A stretch of 42,997 nucleotides of DNA from a virus. Each line of letters begins with the position of its first letter. Position 1 is the stretch's first letter. The notes beneath the pieces were generated by a model that saw nothing but the letters and a program-made list of their open reading frames with translations, was not told the origin of the DNA and did no database searches. Position numbers and translations under genes: made by a program. Location: positions 1-42,997 of IMG/VR virus record IMGVR_UViG_3300045988_028876, one strand, 5' to 3'. This document shows, in pieces, positions 21,344-30,789 of this stretch.

Positions 21344-23292
21344 GCTGACACCCCCTGCATCCGAATATTTACGTTGATATCCTCCGTGGGCACAGAGTCG
21401 CAGGAAAAGATCAGGCTGTTGGCCGCCTGAGAAGTACACCACACGCCAGCTGCCGCCCATCTGTCAGCGGAAGGCTTGTTTGCCGGGCATACGTCAACAA
21501 TTTGGGCCGAGCTGTCAGCCAGGATGCCATTCACCGTCACCGTTTGCTCTCCTTTGCGCCATCCATCAGTGGTGAGGGTCACAGTGGTGGTTTTGGGCTT
21601 CAGTGCATCAATGGTGGGGCAGTTGAGGATATCTATACCGTTTAGATTAAAACCATTTAAGGATAGAGAGGCATATTTAGATGCTTCATCACTCTGCGGG
21701 AGGAAAATAATCCGGCCATATTGGACTTCTAAGCGCGCGTATCCAGACCCGCCAGAAGAAGGATTGTTCTGCCCAATCATTACCCCGTCAAATCCCAAAG
21801 TGCCCTTCGCATTTTCAATAAATCCTTTGTCTTTTAGGGTAATATCCCCCGTCATCGTCCCGCCGGACAGCTTCAAATACCTTGCATCGGCATCGTCCTG
21901 GCTCATGCCCGTCTCCGGTGCGTCCTGCCACGCTTGTCCATCGTCGGTCTTGGTCAATACTTGGCCAGTGGTGCCGCCAGAGACAGCGGGCATTGCCCCC
22001 ACCTCCGCCGCCGTGGTCCCGTGGGGGTTGCCCGTGGTCTGGCTGTGGTCATATGCTGTCTTGCCACGGTCGCCACGGTAGGCGGTGCTGGATGTCTCGC
22101 CCAGGGCCAAACTCGGGGAGATCTCCACATACTGGGTGCCGCTCCAGCGGTAGGTCAGGTTGGTGTCCTCGGCAATGTAGATCTTGCCGTCCTCTCCGGT
22201 GGCGGGGAACGCTGACAGGCTGTCATACTCCACCACGTCGTCCACATAGCTGGGTAGTTGGGACGTGGGCACCTTTCCACTGGAATCCAACTCGGCAACG
22301 CCGCTTGCGGCCCCCTTCTGGCTGGCAGGGATGGCACCTACATCCGCCGCTGAGGGCATCCAGGTATCGGGCCTAGCTCCCACCTCGGCGGCTGTGTACG
22401 TGGGCTTGCTGGGCGATTTGGCCCATCCTGGAACAGTGGGGTCTGTCTCCGTGTACCCGGTAATAAACCCGCTGTCATTGGTCAGGTCGCTGACCTTTGT
22501 GGGGATACCTTCCTTCACATCTTGCAAGGCGATGTATACCCCGCCGCTCTGAACGGGGTTTTTACTGCCCTGGGTGGGCGTTGCGTCGGTGATGATGGTC
22601 ACATCCTCCACCGCTTTGTCCACATAATCAAAGATGTCTGCGTTCTTGTTCTGCGGGTCATAGACACTTTTGAGCATGTCGCCTGAGCCAATTCCATCCA
22701 TGCCGTTGTAGACGGTAAATGTGCCAATGGGCGCATCCTCGCTGTCGTACATGGTGTATGTATCCGTAGTGCCTGCCGCCCCGGTCCCGCTGGTGCGCTC
22801 GATGCGGGAAACGCTGGTGCCGGGGTCGCCTTTGGGTCCGGTACTTCCGGTATCGCCGGTCTCGCCTTTCAGCCCGGCGAACGCAAAGGAAAACACCTTC
22901 GCTGTGTCCGGGCCGCTGGCGGTCACCTTAACGCTGGGCGTTCCCGTACTCTCGTCCACTGTGGCGGTAGGAGTGCCGAACCCAGCCGCCGCTCCGGGAT
23001 CGCCCTGAGGGCCAGTATCGCCGGGGTCACCCTTGTCGCCTTTCTGCCCCTGCTCACCTTGATTGCCCTGGGGGCCGGTGTTTCCGGTATCACCCTTGTC
23101 GCCTTTTTCACCGGGGGCGGCAAGCTGCATCCAGTTCACTCCGTCGTTGCTTGGCATGACCCCTTGCACGTCTTTCAGGGCCATATAAGAGCCGCCGCCA
23201 TATGCCACGATATCCAGTACCACATACGCGGTCCCTTCGTTGTAATCGCCTTTAGGTGTGCAGGACACCTTACCCAAAACCGTGTTAGGCAT
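21340..23292 (-). CDS. collagen-repeat tail fibre protein (650 aa)
   Basis: Two Gly-X-Y tracts (GEKGDKGDTGNTGPQGNQGEQGQKGDKGDPGDTGPQGDPG and GLKGETGDTGSTGPKGDPG). Late operon position. Confidence 0.8.
   Translation of the reverse strand: MPNTVLGKVSCTPKGDYNEGTAYVVLDIVAYGGGSYMALKDVQGVMPSNDGVNWMQLAAPGEKGDKGDTGNTGPQGNQGEQGQKGDKGDPGDTGPQGDPGAAAGFGTPTATVDESTGTPSVKVTASGPDTAKVFSFAFAGLKGETGDTGSTGPKGDPGTSVSRIERTSGTGAAGTTDTYTMYDSEDAPIGTFTVYNGMDGIGSGDMLKSVYDPQNKNADIFDYVDKAVEDVTIITDATPTQGSKNPVQSGGVYIALQDVKEGIPTKVSDLTNDSGFITGYTETDPTVPGWAKSPSKPTYTAAEVGARPDTWMPSAADVGAIPASQKGAASGVAELDSSGKVPTSQLPSYVDDVVEYDSLSAFPATGEDGKIYIAEDTNLTYRWSGTQYVEISPSLALGETSSTAYRGDRGKTAYDHSQTTGNPHGTTAAEVGAMPAVSGGTTGQVLTKTDDGQAWQDAPETGMSQDDADARYLKLSGGTMTGDITLKDKGFIENAKGTLGFDGVMIGQNNPSSGGSGYARLEVQYGRIIFLPQSDEASKYASLSLNGFNLNGIDILNCPTIDALKPKTTTVTLTTDGWRKGEQTVTVNGILADSSAQIVDVCPANKPSADRWAAAGVWCTSQAANSLIFSCDSVPTEDINVNIRMQGVSA
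22993..23112 (-). repeat. collagen-like Gly-X-Y repeat tract (40 aa); a second tract lies at 22822..22875
   Basis: Uninterrupted G-X-Y periodicity in the translated ORF. Confidence 0.9.
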
Positions 23293-23776
23293 TGATACTC
23301 ACCTCCAAGAATCCGTTCACCAGGCTAAATACAGGACCGCTGTACCCATCTGGCGTGGTCATAGTCAAGATGCCCGTCTCCGGGTCTATTGCGAATGTGG
23401 CAAACATAACGTCGCCCCGTGCGCTCTCGCCCGTGTCCACGTATTGCCCCGTCTCAGCGTCCCACGTCCACCATGTATCGTTCTGTATGATGGGGGGCTT
23501 TCCGCTGTACTGCTCCGCCTTGTCGGCGCTGTCAGCGGCTTCCTCGGCGCTCTGGGCGGCGTTCTGCTCAGACTTGGCGGCGTTGGTTGCGCTCTGTGCC
23601 GCCTGCGCCGCCGCCTGCTGGGCCGGGGCTACGTACCGGCTCACCGCCTTGACCGCAAACCCCTTCCATTGCGCCCCGGTGGTTTTCATGGCTACGCCCT
23701 GCTGTTCGCAGACGAACAGGGAATCATCGTCTACCGTTTGGGCTTGTGGCAGGGAGCCTATCTGTTTGTCAGCCAT
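23285..23776 (-). CDS. tail fibre-associated structural protein (163 aa)
   Basis: N-terminus IGSLPQAQTVDDDSLFVCEQQGVAMK, followed by an A/Q-rich coiled segment. Confidence 0.6.
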   Translation of the reverse strand: MADKQIGSLPQAQTVDDDSLFVCEQQGVAMKTTGAQWKGFAVKAVSRYVAPAQQAAAQAAQSATNAAKSEQNAAQSAEEAADSADKAEQYSGKPPIIQNDTWWTWDAETGQYVDTGESARGDVMFATFAIDPETGILTMTTPDGYSGPVFSLVNGFLEVSINA

Positions 23777-23915
23777 CCTTGTTTTCCTCCATGAGTGAGA
23801 TTGCCCGTTTGAGCTTGGTCCGGACTGCCGCCATTACGTCTACTACATCGCCGCTCACTGCCAGGGTGGACAGGATTGCCAGCGCGTCAGTTACTTCCTT
23901 CTTGGCTTGTTCCAT
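23769..23915 (-). CDS. small protein (48 aa)
   Basis: TGGAGG SD 9 nt upstream. Sequence MEQAKKEVTDALAILSTLAVSGDVVDVMAAV... Confidence 0.4.
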   Translation of the reverse strand: MEQAKKEVTDALAILSTLAVSGDVVDVMAAVRTKLKRAISLMEENKDG

Positions 23916-25452
23916 TGATTTTTGCCTCCAACTGTTTAATCTTGGCCCACATGATAGCGATAAACTCCATATAGCGCAGCATCTGTAGTTCATTGCCTTC
24001 CGTGTCCACGTCCTTGCACCAGGCCGCCAGCTCCAAGTCGGACACCCCATGAGCATCCATGGCCTCTTTGACGTTCTGGGCAATGAATCCAGTATGGTAT
24101 CGGTCGCTGGTGCCGTTGTCCATCTTGTAGATAACCGGGACAATATCGTCCATCATGTCGATGTACTTTTGGGGAATCTCGGCGATATCGTGTTTGATGT
24201 TCTCGTCAGAGGTCTGGATCTCCGCCGTATAGGAGTACACTGCCTGCCACATGCCAAGACTAGAATTGCCCAGGTTGGCCGCTGTGCCGGACGGGCAGAA
24301 GTTATTGCACGACACCGACATATTGCGACCGACCATCTGAACGGAACAGCTACCGGATGCCAGGTACAGGTTGCCGCCAGAAATCAACTGCAACCCTGTC
24401 GTTGTACTGGAGCCAACTGTGATATATCCAACTTGCGATCCATAATCATTCAGGATTCCGATTGTTCCGCCCCGCAGTGTGGAGGCGGTCACCGTCCCGG
24501 TCATGAGTTGGGTCCCGTCAATGTAGGTCGTCCCAAGGTATTTCCAGGCGGAGACTGTGCTGTTCGCCGAGTTCGCTGTGGCCTGCGCGGAACTGGCTAA
24601 ACTGTACGCATTGCTGGCCGTGCTTTGGGCTGAACTGGCGGCGTTGTATGCGCCGTCAATCTCGTTCTGCGTGTCTTGCGCCAAATCTCCCCAGGTGATA
24701 GCCCCACTCAGGTTAATTTGGTTTGCCGTCAGTGTCCCGTTGATGTTCGCCGCGTTGACGATCAGGGTGTCCGTTTCCACGGATGATCCCTTGATTTTGG
24801 TCGTTCCCGTGGAGTCTGTCACTGTCAGGCCGTCGATGGTGAGGGACAACTCCGAAAACTCTCCGTCTAATCCATTTACCCTGCCTGTTATGTTCTCTAG
24901 CTCTACCGCAAACTCGGTCGATAGCCCTTTTAATTCGTTTTCTACCTCTAGGCGGATTTGCTCGGAGGTTTTTGTGATTAGAGAACGTGTTTGAGCCAGC
25001 TGGCGGTTTGTCTCTTTTCGCTCCCTGGTTTCATAGGGGTATTCGTCGTCGATTTCATCGGATTCGGGGGCCGAAATAGTTGGGGCGCAGGCACGGTCAA
25101 ACTGCATATCTGCCGAGGCGATTACGGAATAGATTCCGCCCACCGTAACAGCGTCTCCAAGCTCTGCCGCCGGGTCAAGTAAAGCGTCCTCCGCCGTATA
25201 CGGCTGGTAGCTGTAATTTTTGACGGCGGCCAGGATACTGTCTGCCATCGCCTGGGACCCCCAGGGACAAGCGACCTCCAGAGTTCGCCCCGTATCATCA
25301 CCGGATGTATAATAGTTACCGGAATCCACATTTAAGATGACCCTGCTGATATTCGACGGCACATCTCCCGTTTCTAACTGCGCCGCCAGGTTTCCAAGAA
25401 ACACTTTGTCAGACAAGGATGCGGTCACCTCCAAACGTAATGGCAAAGCCAC
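23887..25452 (-). CDS. tail fibre/spike protein with a C-terminal intramolecular-chaperone (peptidase S74) domain
   Basis: SDENIKHDIAEIP...YHTGFIAQNVKEAM...LRYMEFIAIMWAKIKQLEAKI. An alternative TTG start at 25416 follows a GGAGGTGA SD. Confidence 0.8.
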   Translation of the reverse strand: MALPLRLEVTASLSDKVFLGNLAAQLETGDVPSNISRVILNVDSGNYYTSGDDTGRTLEVACPWGSQAMADSILAAVKNYSYQPYTAEDALLDPAAELGDAVTVGGIYSVIASADMQFDRACAPTISAPESDEIDDEYPYETRERKETNRQLAQTRSLITKTSEQIRLEVENELKGLSTEFAVELENITGRVNGLDGEFSELSLTIDGLTVTDSTGTTKIKGSSVETDTLIVNAANINGTLTANQINLSGAITWGDLAQDTQNEIDGAYNAASSAQSTASNAYSLASSAQATANSANSTVSAWKYLGTTYIDGTQLMTGTVTASTLRGGTIGILNDYGSQVGYITVGSSTTTGLQLISGGNLYLASGSCSVQMVGRNMSVSCNNFCPSGTAANLGNSSLGMWQAVYSYTAEIQTSDENIKHDIAEIPQKYIDMMDDIVPVIYKMDNGTSDRYHTGFIAQNVKEAMDAHGVSDLELAAWCKDVDTEGNELQMLRYMEFIAIMWAKIKQLEAKINGTSQEGSN

Positions 25453-26107
25453 CCTCTTCCACCAGATAATTCGTTTCAGCCGGGATATCTCCGAACTTCA
25501 CCAGCAGCAGCTTCCCCTCGTCGGTGATAATCCAGTTCCCAGCGTTGGATACGGCGATATAGCCCAGCACCTCCCGCATGGTCAAATCCCCGTTTTCGTC
25601 CACGGGGTAGTCCACAGGGAAAGCAGTGGTCAGAACCGTTCTCGGGTCCACTTCCACCCCCATGCGGTAGGCGATGTCATCCACGGCGTCTGCTTGGGAC
25701 ATGGGCCAGTTTTCCGTGTCATAGTCTGAGTTGAGCCACACGGATTCCGCTTTCAACATAGCGTCATACCCGGTAATAGTCAGGCTTCCGGTCCGCTTGT
25801 CCTTCGCTCTGGTGGAAACAAAAAACACGCCTTTGGGTATCCACTCAGAAAACTGTTCAGCCAGTGCCAGCCGGACAAACACCTTGATTTGCGCCTGCCG
25901 GGGGATAGTACCAATGGGCAAGATTTCAAGGTCAATCTGCCGGGCGACGCAGTTCCCGATACCAGGCGTGGTATACAGGCCGCCGGAGGTGCGAACAGAA
26001 ACGATATTCCCCTGACCATACTCTGTTCCAGCAATAACAATCTTTGTTTCCTTGTGGTGATTCGGGTTAGAAAGAATCTGTTTGTATAATTCGCTTGTCT
26101 GCTGCAT
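25409..26107 (-). CDS. tail component (232 aa), baseplate/Tal-side position
   Basis: Assigned by synteny between the tape measure and the fibre genes. Confidence 0.55.
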   Translation of the reverse strand: MQQTSELYKQILSNPNHHKETKIVIAGTEYGQGNIVSVRTSGGLYTTPGIGNCVARQIDLEILPIGTIPRQAQIKVFVRLALAEQFSEWIPKGVFFVSTRAKDKRTGSLTITGYDAMLKAESVWLNSDYDTENWPMSQADAVDDIAYRMGVEVDPRTVLTTAFPVDYPVDENGDLTMREVLGYIAVSNAGNWIITDEGKLLLVKFGDIPAETNYLVEEGGFAITFGGDRILV

Positions 26108-26472
26108 TATTTCGCCCTCATCTGCATCTCTCCGCCTTTATAGTACCGCTTGCCGTTAACAGATCTCAGCCCAAAAGTGGCTTCCAAATTGCTGGTCAGC
26201 CGCATGGTCCGCACCAGGTCTGCGGCGGTATACGGGTCGGTGAAGGTTACGGTCTGCGTCTGCTCCGCCAGGGCATCATAGACGGACGAGGCCAAATCGT
26301 CATCCAGGGGAAGCAGAGAGAAGTCCACGATGGCCCGTTTGGAGGCGGAAAAAGGATGCTCTACGTTGTCCAGGGTGGTGATGACCTTCTGATAGGTCAC
26401 CTCCCACTGAACAGAATAGGTAGAAAGCCAATCATGCAGGTCAAGGTTTCCGATTTTCAGTGTTACGTCCAT
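26107..26472 (-). CDS. tail component (121 aa), distal-tail position
   Basis: Assigned by synteny, immediately after the tape measure gene. Confidence 0.5.
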   Translation of the reverse strand: MDVTLKIGNLDLHDWLSTYSVQWEVTYQKVITTLDNVEHPFSASKRAIVDFSLLPLDDDLASSVYDALAEQTQTVTFTDPYTAADLVRTMRLTSNLEATFGLRSVNGKRYYKGGEMQMRAK

Positions 26473-26480
26473 GCTCTCAC

Positions 26481-28409
26481 CTACAAAGCGTACGCTCTCC
26501 GCTTGTTCCGGTTGTACCGATAGGCTGTCTCGCCAATAACCTTGTCATTAAGGACGGACTGGACCACGATAGTAAAATCCTGACCAATGGATGCCGCCAC
26601 ATTTTGGAGTGCAGAGGAAATCCCTCCCTGAGAACGGGCAAGGCCGGAAGAAGCAAGGTCCACTGTGGCCGTCCCGAAATCCATTCCGTTTTCGATGTCT
26701 CGGCGGATGCTGTCATATTCGCTGTCCCAGCCTTTTTCTACGCCAAGCGCCATATTTTCGCCGATGCCGGCAAATACCTTTGACGGGGATTTAATCCCTA
26801 GCAGGCTCTTTACTCCGCCAACCAGGCCATCCCATAAGCCGGTGAACCAATTCACAAGGCTTCCCCATATATTTTTTATTCCTTGCCAAATTCCGTTGAC
26901 TATATCTTCTCCAATGCCAACGAACCAGTTCCAAACGCCAGAAAATATGTCGGTCAGCTTGTTCCAAAGGCCAGAAAAGAAATCTCCCCAACCGGAGAAA
27001 ACGCCCTTGATTGCTTCCCATGCGCCCTTAAAATCTCCAGACAAGACAGATTCAACGACAGAGAAAATGCCTTTTATTGTGTTCCAAATGTTTTGGAAAA
27101 ATCCTGTCGCGGCATCCCAAACCGTTTTGATTGCGCTCCATGCAGCCCTGAAAAATCCACCAAGGACATCAGCTACAACAGAAAAAACGCTTTTAATTCC
27201 TTCCCATATTGCCTCAAAATATGGTTTTACAGCGTCCCAAATGGATTTAATCCCTTCCCACGCCTGTGAAAAGACATTTTTGATTCCTTCCCAAATCGGT
27301 TCAACAGCCGCGCGAAACTCATCATTTGTATTCCAAAGGGTTATCACCGCAGTTGTAACACCAGCGATAAGTGTAGCAATCAGGACAAATGGGTTTGCGT
27401 TCATTACTGCGTTTAATGCCGCCTGCGCAATGGTTTGTCCTTCTGTTGCAACTTTGAGCGCATCAATCACACCAGATATAGCTGACGCGGCCTTATAGGC
27501 AACAACAGCTGTCGTCGCGGCAACAATCACCGGAGACAATGCGATAAATTTGTCTATCAGGCCCTGTATTCCGTTCATGAGTTGGTCAACGTCAATCCCT
27601 GCAATAAATTCTGCAAGTTTTGTGCTAACCGATTCAATAGCGGGTGAGAATTGTTCTAAAAGTGCGTTTTTTACTTTTGAAACAGATTCCCCTATTTTCG
27701 CTAGAGAGGCATCCATTTTTGCTTGGTTGTTTCGGCTCTCCACCAGCGCCTCATTGTTTCTGTAAAATGCGTCGCTGGCCTCATCATAAGTTCCGGCCAG
27801 CGTCTCCATGATAAGCTGGTTTCGGTCACTTTCCGAGGAACATTCAGCTAGTTTCTCATTAAAATCGTCCTCAGAGATCCCCGCCCAGTTGAGTGCGTCG
27901 GCCAGCACGCCAGTGACTTGTCCAACCTTTGCCGTCTCATTGCTGGCCTCGATCAGACCCTCAATGGGAAGAGAATCGCCGAACGTACCAGCCACGCCGG
28001 CGGCAATATCTGTCCAGGTAGAAACATCCTCCGCACTGTCCGCCAGCTTTGCCAGGAGCTGGCTTGCCTCTGTAGCGGTATCCGTATCCCCCAATATGCC
28101 ATAAAAGGCATTGTACGCCTGCTGTGCCGTCTCAGCGCCATATCCAGCCGCCTCAAAAGCGGTGTTTAGCTTTCCCATCGCTACCCTGTATTCCTCGGTG
28201 GAGGATTCCAGGGCCAGAAGGCCACCAACTGCAGCACCAGCCGCCGTTGTGATGGCTCCAATACCAGCCGCAGCCACTTTTCCAGCCTTCGCAATTCCGC
28301 TCTTTAGCTTGGAGGCGAGGCTGTCCCCGCTTTTGGATACATCCTTTACGCCGCTGTCATACTCGCTGGTGTCCAGGCTGATTTTCGCAAACAGGTCAAA
28401 TAGGTTAAT
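26481..28409 (-). CDS. tape measure protein (about 642 aa) with a probable non-canonical ATT start
   Basis: The in-frame N-terminus INLFDLFAKISLDTSEYDSGVKD is TMP-like. AAAGGAGG lies 8 nt before ATT 28409, and a TGA lies 5 codons upstream. W/F-periodic repeats (WEGIK..). Confidence 0.75.
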   Translation of the reverse strand: MNLFDLFAKISLDTSEYDSGVKDVSKSGDSLASKLKSGIAKAGKVAAAGIGAITTAAGAAVGGLLALESSTEEYRVAMGKLNTAFEAAGYGAETAQQAYNAFYGILGDTDTATEASQLLAKLADSAEDVSTWTDIAAGVAGTFGDSLPIEGLIEASNETAKVGQVTGVLADALNWAGISEDDFNEKLAECSSESDRNQLIMETLAGTYDEASDAFYRNNEALVESRNNQAKMDASLAKIGESVSKVKNALLEQFSPAIESVSTKLAEFIAGIDVDQLMNGIQGLIDKFIALSPVIVAATTAVVAYKAASAISGVIDALKVATEGQTIAQAALNAVMNANPFVLIATLIAGVTTAVITLWNTNDEFRAAVEPIWEGIKNVFSQAWEGIKSIWDAVKPYFEAIWEGIKSVFSVVADVLGGFFRAAWSAIKTVWDAATGFFQNIWNTIKGIFSVVESVLSGDFKGAWEAIKGVFSGWGDFFSGLWNKLTDIFSGVWNWFVGIGEDIVNGIWQGIKNIWGSLVNWFTGLWDGLVGGVKSLLGIKSPSKVFAGIGENMALGVEKGWDSEYDSIRRDIENGMDFGTATVDLASSGLARSQGGISSALQNVAASIGQDFTIVVQSVLNDKVIGETAYRYNRNKRRAYAL

Positions 28410-28457
28410 GGGTGCCGCCTCCTTTCACGGCACCGCTTAGCCCTTCCCTGCCACCAC

Positions 28458-29092
28458 TTAGGCAGAGGCGATTTTATTCTTCATTTGCGTAATGATTTCT
28501 TCTGGTGTTCTGGTTTCCTCCGGTTTCGGGTCAGATATGTCCGCCCACCGTTTGGCGATGTAGTCCCCCCGCCCAATGGGCGCAATATTCCGCGAGATGC
28601 TTTGCAAGCAATCAGCAACATAGGACTGGTACAGTTCTGCTCTATGCCGCTCTTTGATAACAGTGGGGAGCGCCGCCAAAATGGCCCTTGCTCCCATTCC
28701 ACGAACGGACAGGAGGCAGAGGATTACTCTGTCTCGTCCTCCTGCCCAAACGATCTGAAAAAATCCAGCAACGCCTTGTCTTTAAAAACGGTGCGAATCT
28801 GCGAAATAGTCATCAGGATATTTTGTTTTGCCACCGATTCAGCTGTCGTTTCGTTCAGAATGGCAAGGATACCAAACACATCAGTTCTATGGTCTTTCAG
28901 TAGCGCAGGGGCCAAAGTAGCGCATTTCTTCGCCGCATAGGTGTACAGCTCCGCCACGCTCTTGCCCTTGCTGTCAAACTTCTTGCCCAGCTCGTCCAGT
29001 AGGGCCTTGTCCCCGGTGATATTAGCGATATAAGGCGTCAACTCGCACAGCACGTCCGCCGCCTGCTCGGTAGTCAGTTCAGATATTTTCAT
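28458..29092 (-). CDS. tail assembly chaperone G-T fusion product (-1 frameshift at 28763..28757)
   Basis: The -1 frame opens 6 codons before the slippery site and runs to 28458. This is the canonical position between the major tail and tape measure genes. Confidence 0.6.
28724..29092 (-). CDS. tail assembly chaperone (G-like, 122 aa)
   Basis: Synteny. Acidic C-terminus. Confidence 0.65.
   Translation of the reverse strand: MKISELTTEQAADVLCELTPYIANITGDKALLDELGKKFDSKGKSVAELYTYAAKKCATLAPALLKDHRTDVFGILAILNETTAESVAKQNILMTISQIRTVFKDKALLDFFRSFGQEDETE
28757..28763 (-). promoter_or_regulatory. -1 slippery heptamer U UUU UUC
   Basis: The minus strand reads GAT TTT TTC in the G frame, which fits X XXY YYZ. 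Confidence 0.6.
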
Positions 29093-29098
29093 GTGTTA

Positions 29099-29671
29099 TC
29101 AATCCTCCGAAGGCGCGGCGCTGTAAAACTCCATGGGCATGGTTTCTTGAGCATCAATGGACACATGGCCGGTCAGTTCCACAGACACCTGCCCTTTTCC
29201 ATTCTTGGTAGTCTGGAGCGTAAAGCCACCAGTGGACAGGGCGTTTTTCAGGCATACGGCCACCATGCCGCCGTCCGCACGGTCGCCTACCCACCACAGG
29301 TCGGAGAAATCGGTCTGCTTCAGGTCCCGCCGAGGTGTGACTTTGGTAGTATCGGAAGTTCCAATGTCCGCTGCGCCCAGCGCCAACTGGATAGACTCCG
29401 GGGACGTGCCGAGTGAGGTAAAAGACATTTTGCACTCCCAGCCGTCCAGATGCTTCAGTTCCATCATATTGGTCGGACAGTTGTCCACATCCTCGCCCAT
29501 GTCGGAATAGGTAGGAACGCAGGAAATATTGATGCCGCCGGTGGTGGGGCACACAATGTCAGCATCCTCCGGTGCCGTTGGCGTAGATGGAGTAAATTTC
29601 TTTAGAACAACCCCCGCGTCAAGCTGCATTTCCTCAAAGGTGCTCTGCGGGATGACTGTAAATTTGCCCAT
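29099..29671 (-). CDS. major tail protein (190 aa)
   Basis: Synteny, directly upstream of the chaperone pair. Size and beta-rich composition fit. Confidence 0.65.
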   Translation of the reverse strand: MGKFTVIPQSTFEEMQLDAGVVLKKFTPSTPTAPEDADIVCPTTGGINISCVPTYSDMGEDVDNCPTNMMELKHLDGWECKMSFTSLGTSPESIQLALGAADIGTSDTTKVTPRRDLKQTDFSDLWWVGDRADGGMVAVCLKNALSTGGFTLQTTKNGKGQVSVELTGHVSIDAQETMPMEFYSAAPSED

Positions 29672-29684
29672 AAGGGCCTCCTTT

Positions 29685-30053
29685 CTAGCTGAATGTCAGG
29701 TATTCAGCAGTGATGTTGATGTATCGTCTTTTTATTGCCGGGTCATCCTGGTACACAAGGCTCTGGCACCAGGGGGAGCCGCGTTTCAGCCAGATATACC
29801 CCTCGTCACAGGGGATGTACACGCCACCGTAGCCAATGCGTTTGGACAACTCCTGGGCCTTTTCATCTGGAATAGCCTCGCTCTCCGTGCGAAACCATAG
29901 GTTGACCGTCAGGCCGATTTCCCCGGCGTCAAAGGCCCCGTCGGTGTATTCATAGGTTCCGTAGGGCATGAGCACATCGTTTGGCACGGAGGACGCCCGG
30001 TAAAAGGGCATAAACTCATTGAACCAGGTATAGAGGGCTTTGTTTTTGGTCAT
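29685..30053 (-). CDS. tail terminator / tail completion-like protein (122 aa)
   Basis: ATGA overlap start at MTKNKALYTWF. Assigned by synteny. Confidence 0.5.
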   Translation of the reverse strand: MTKNKALYTWFNEFMPFYRASSVPNDVLMPYGTYEYTDGAFDAGEIGLTVNLWFRTESEAIPDEKAQELSKRIGYGGVYIPCDEGYIWLKRGSPWCQSLVYQDDPAIKRRYINITAEYLTFS

Positions 30054-30442
30054 AGTGCGCCAGCCTCCTGCCATGCCCGAATGAGCTTCGGGCCTTGCTT
30101 TGCCACCCAGTCTACCATTTCCTCGTTTGTGGCCCACTCGCTATTTTCGGCAAGACCACTTTCACACAAGAAAGCGTGGACAATTTCGTGGCGGAGGTTT
30201 TTCTGCTCTTGTAGTTCTAACTTGCCTTTACTGTCTGGCTCTCCCCGTTTGTAATTCTCCACCACAATTTCTTTCGTGGTTTCATCGCAGAAGCCGTCGC
30301 AGTCTTTCAGGCGGGGTTCATCCTGTTCGGAGACAAAAGATACTGTATACTCCGTCCCCAAAACATTTACTGTATTTACATCAGCGTAGACACACTCATA
30401 TCCGCCTTGCCCGTCTGGAATTCTATCCACAACTTTCCTCAT
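30050..30442 (-). CDS. HExxH-motif protein in the head-tail joining module (130 aa)
   Basis: RHEIVHAFLCESGL (HExxH). ATGA-coupled to both neighbours. Confidence 0.55.
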   Translation of the reverse strand: MRKVVDRIPDGQGGYECVYADVNTVNVLGTEYTVSFVSEQDEPRLKDCDGFCDETTKEIVVENYKRGEPDSKGKLELQEQKNLRHEIVHAFLCESGLAENSEWATNEEMVDWVAKQGPKLIRAWQEAGAL

Positions 30443-30789
30443 GTGGTCAGCGACCACCTCTCCGCCGTGAAGTATTTCAGCGGCAACGTGGAGGACTTGG
30501 GGGCTTCCTTATCCGCCGGGTTAGAGGTCACGCGATAGGTTTTCCCGGTGGTCTTGTCCTTAAATACGTCGTTATACTCAATGGGTACGGCCTTATCCAC
30601 CAGGGCGGAGTACAGGCTGGTCACGCCCTCCTTTTCCGCCCGCCGGGCCTCCATGGAAGTATCCAGGGCCTGATAATTGGTGAACTCTGCCCCCTCCGTC
30701 CACTCCACAAGGAAACCGCCAGCGCCGTCAGGCACACGCTTTTTCTCCATCAAGACACAGGTGCGGGCAAAATCATCCAGCAGGCTCAT
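30439..30789 (-). CDS. head-tail adaptor / head closure-like protein (116 aa)
   Basis: GGAGGG SD plus an ATGA overlap. Assigned by synteny. Confidence 0.55.
   Translation of the reverse strand: MSLLDDFARTCVLMEKKRVPDGAGGFLVEWTEGAEFTNYQALDTSMEARRAEKEGVTSLYSALVDKAVPIEYNDVFKDKTTGKTYRVTSNPADKEAPKSSTLPLKYFTAERWSLTT

Noticed and set aside
26665-27498. 277-aa plus-strand ORF inside the tape measure gene
   Set aside because: It is an antisense shadow of the W/F-periodic TMP repeats, with no initiation signals.
28277-28279. GTG 28277 as the tape measure start (ORF-track call)
   Set aside because: It has only a weak SD. The 44 upstream in-frame codons look like a genuine TMP N-terminus preceded by AAAGGAGG.
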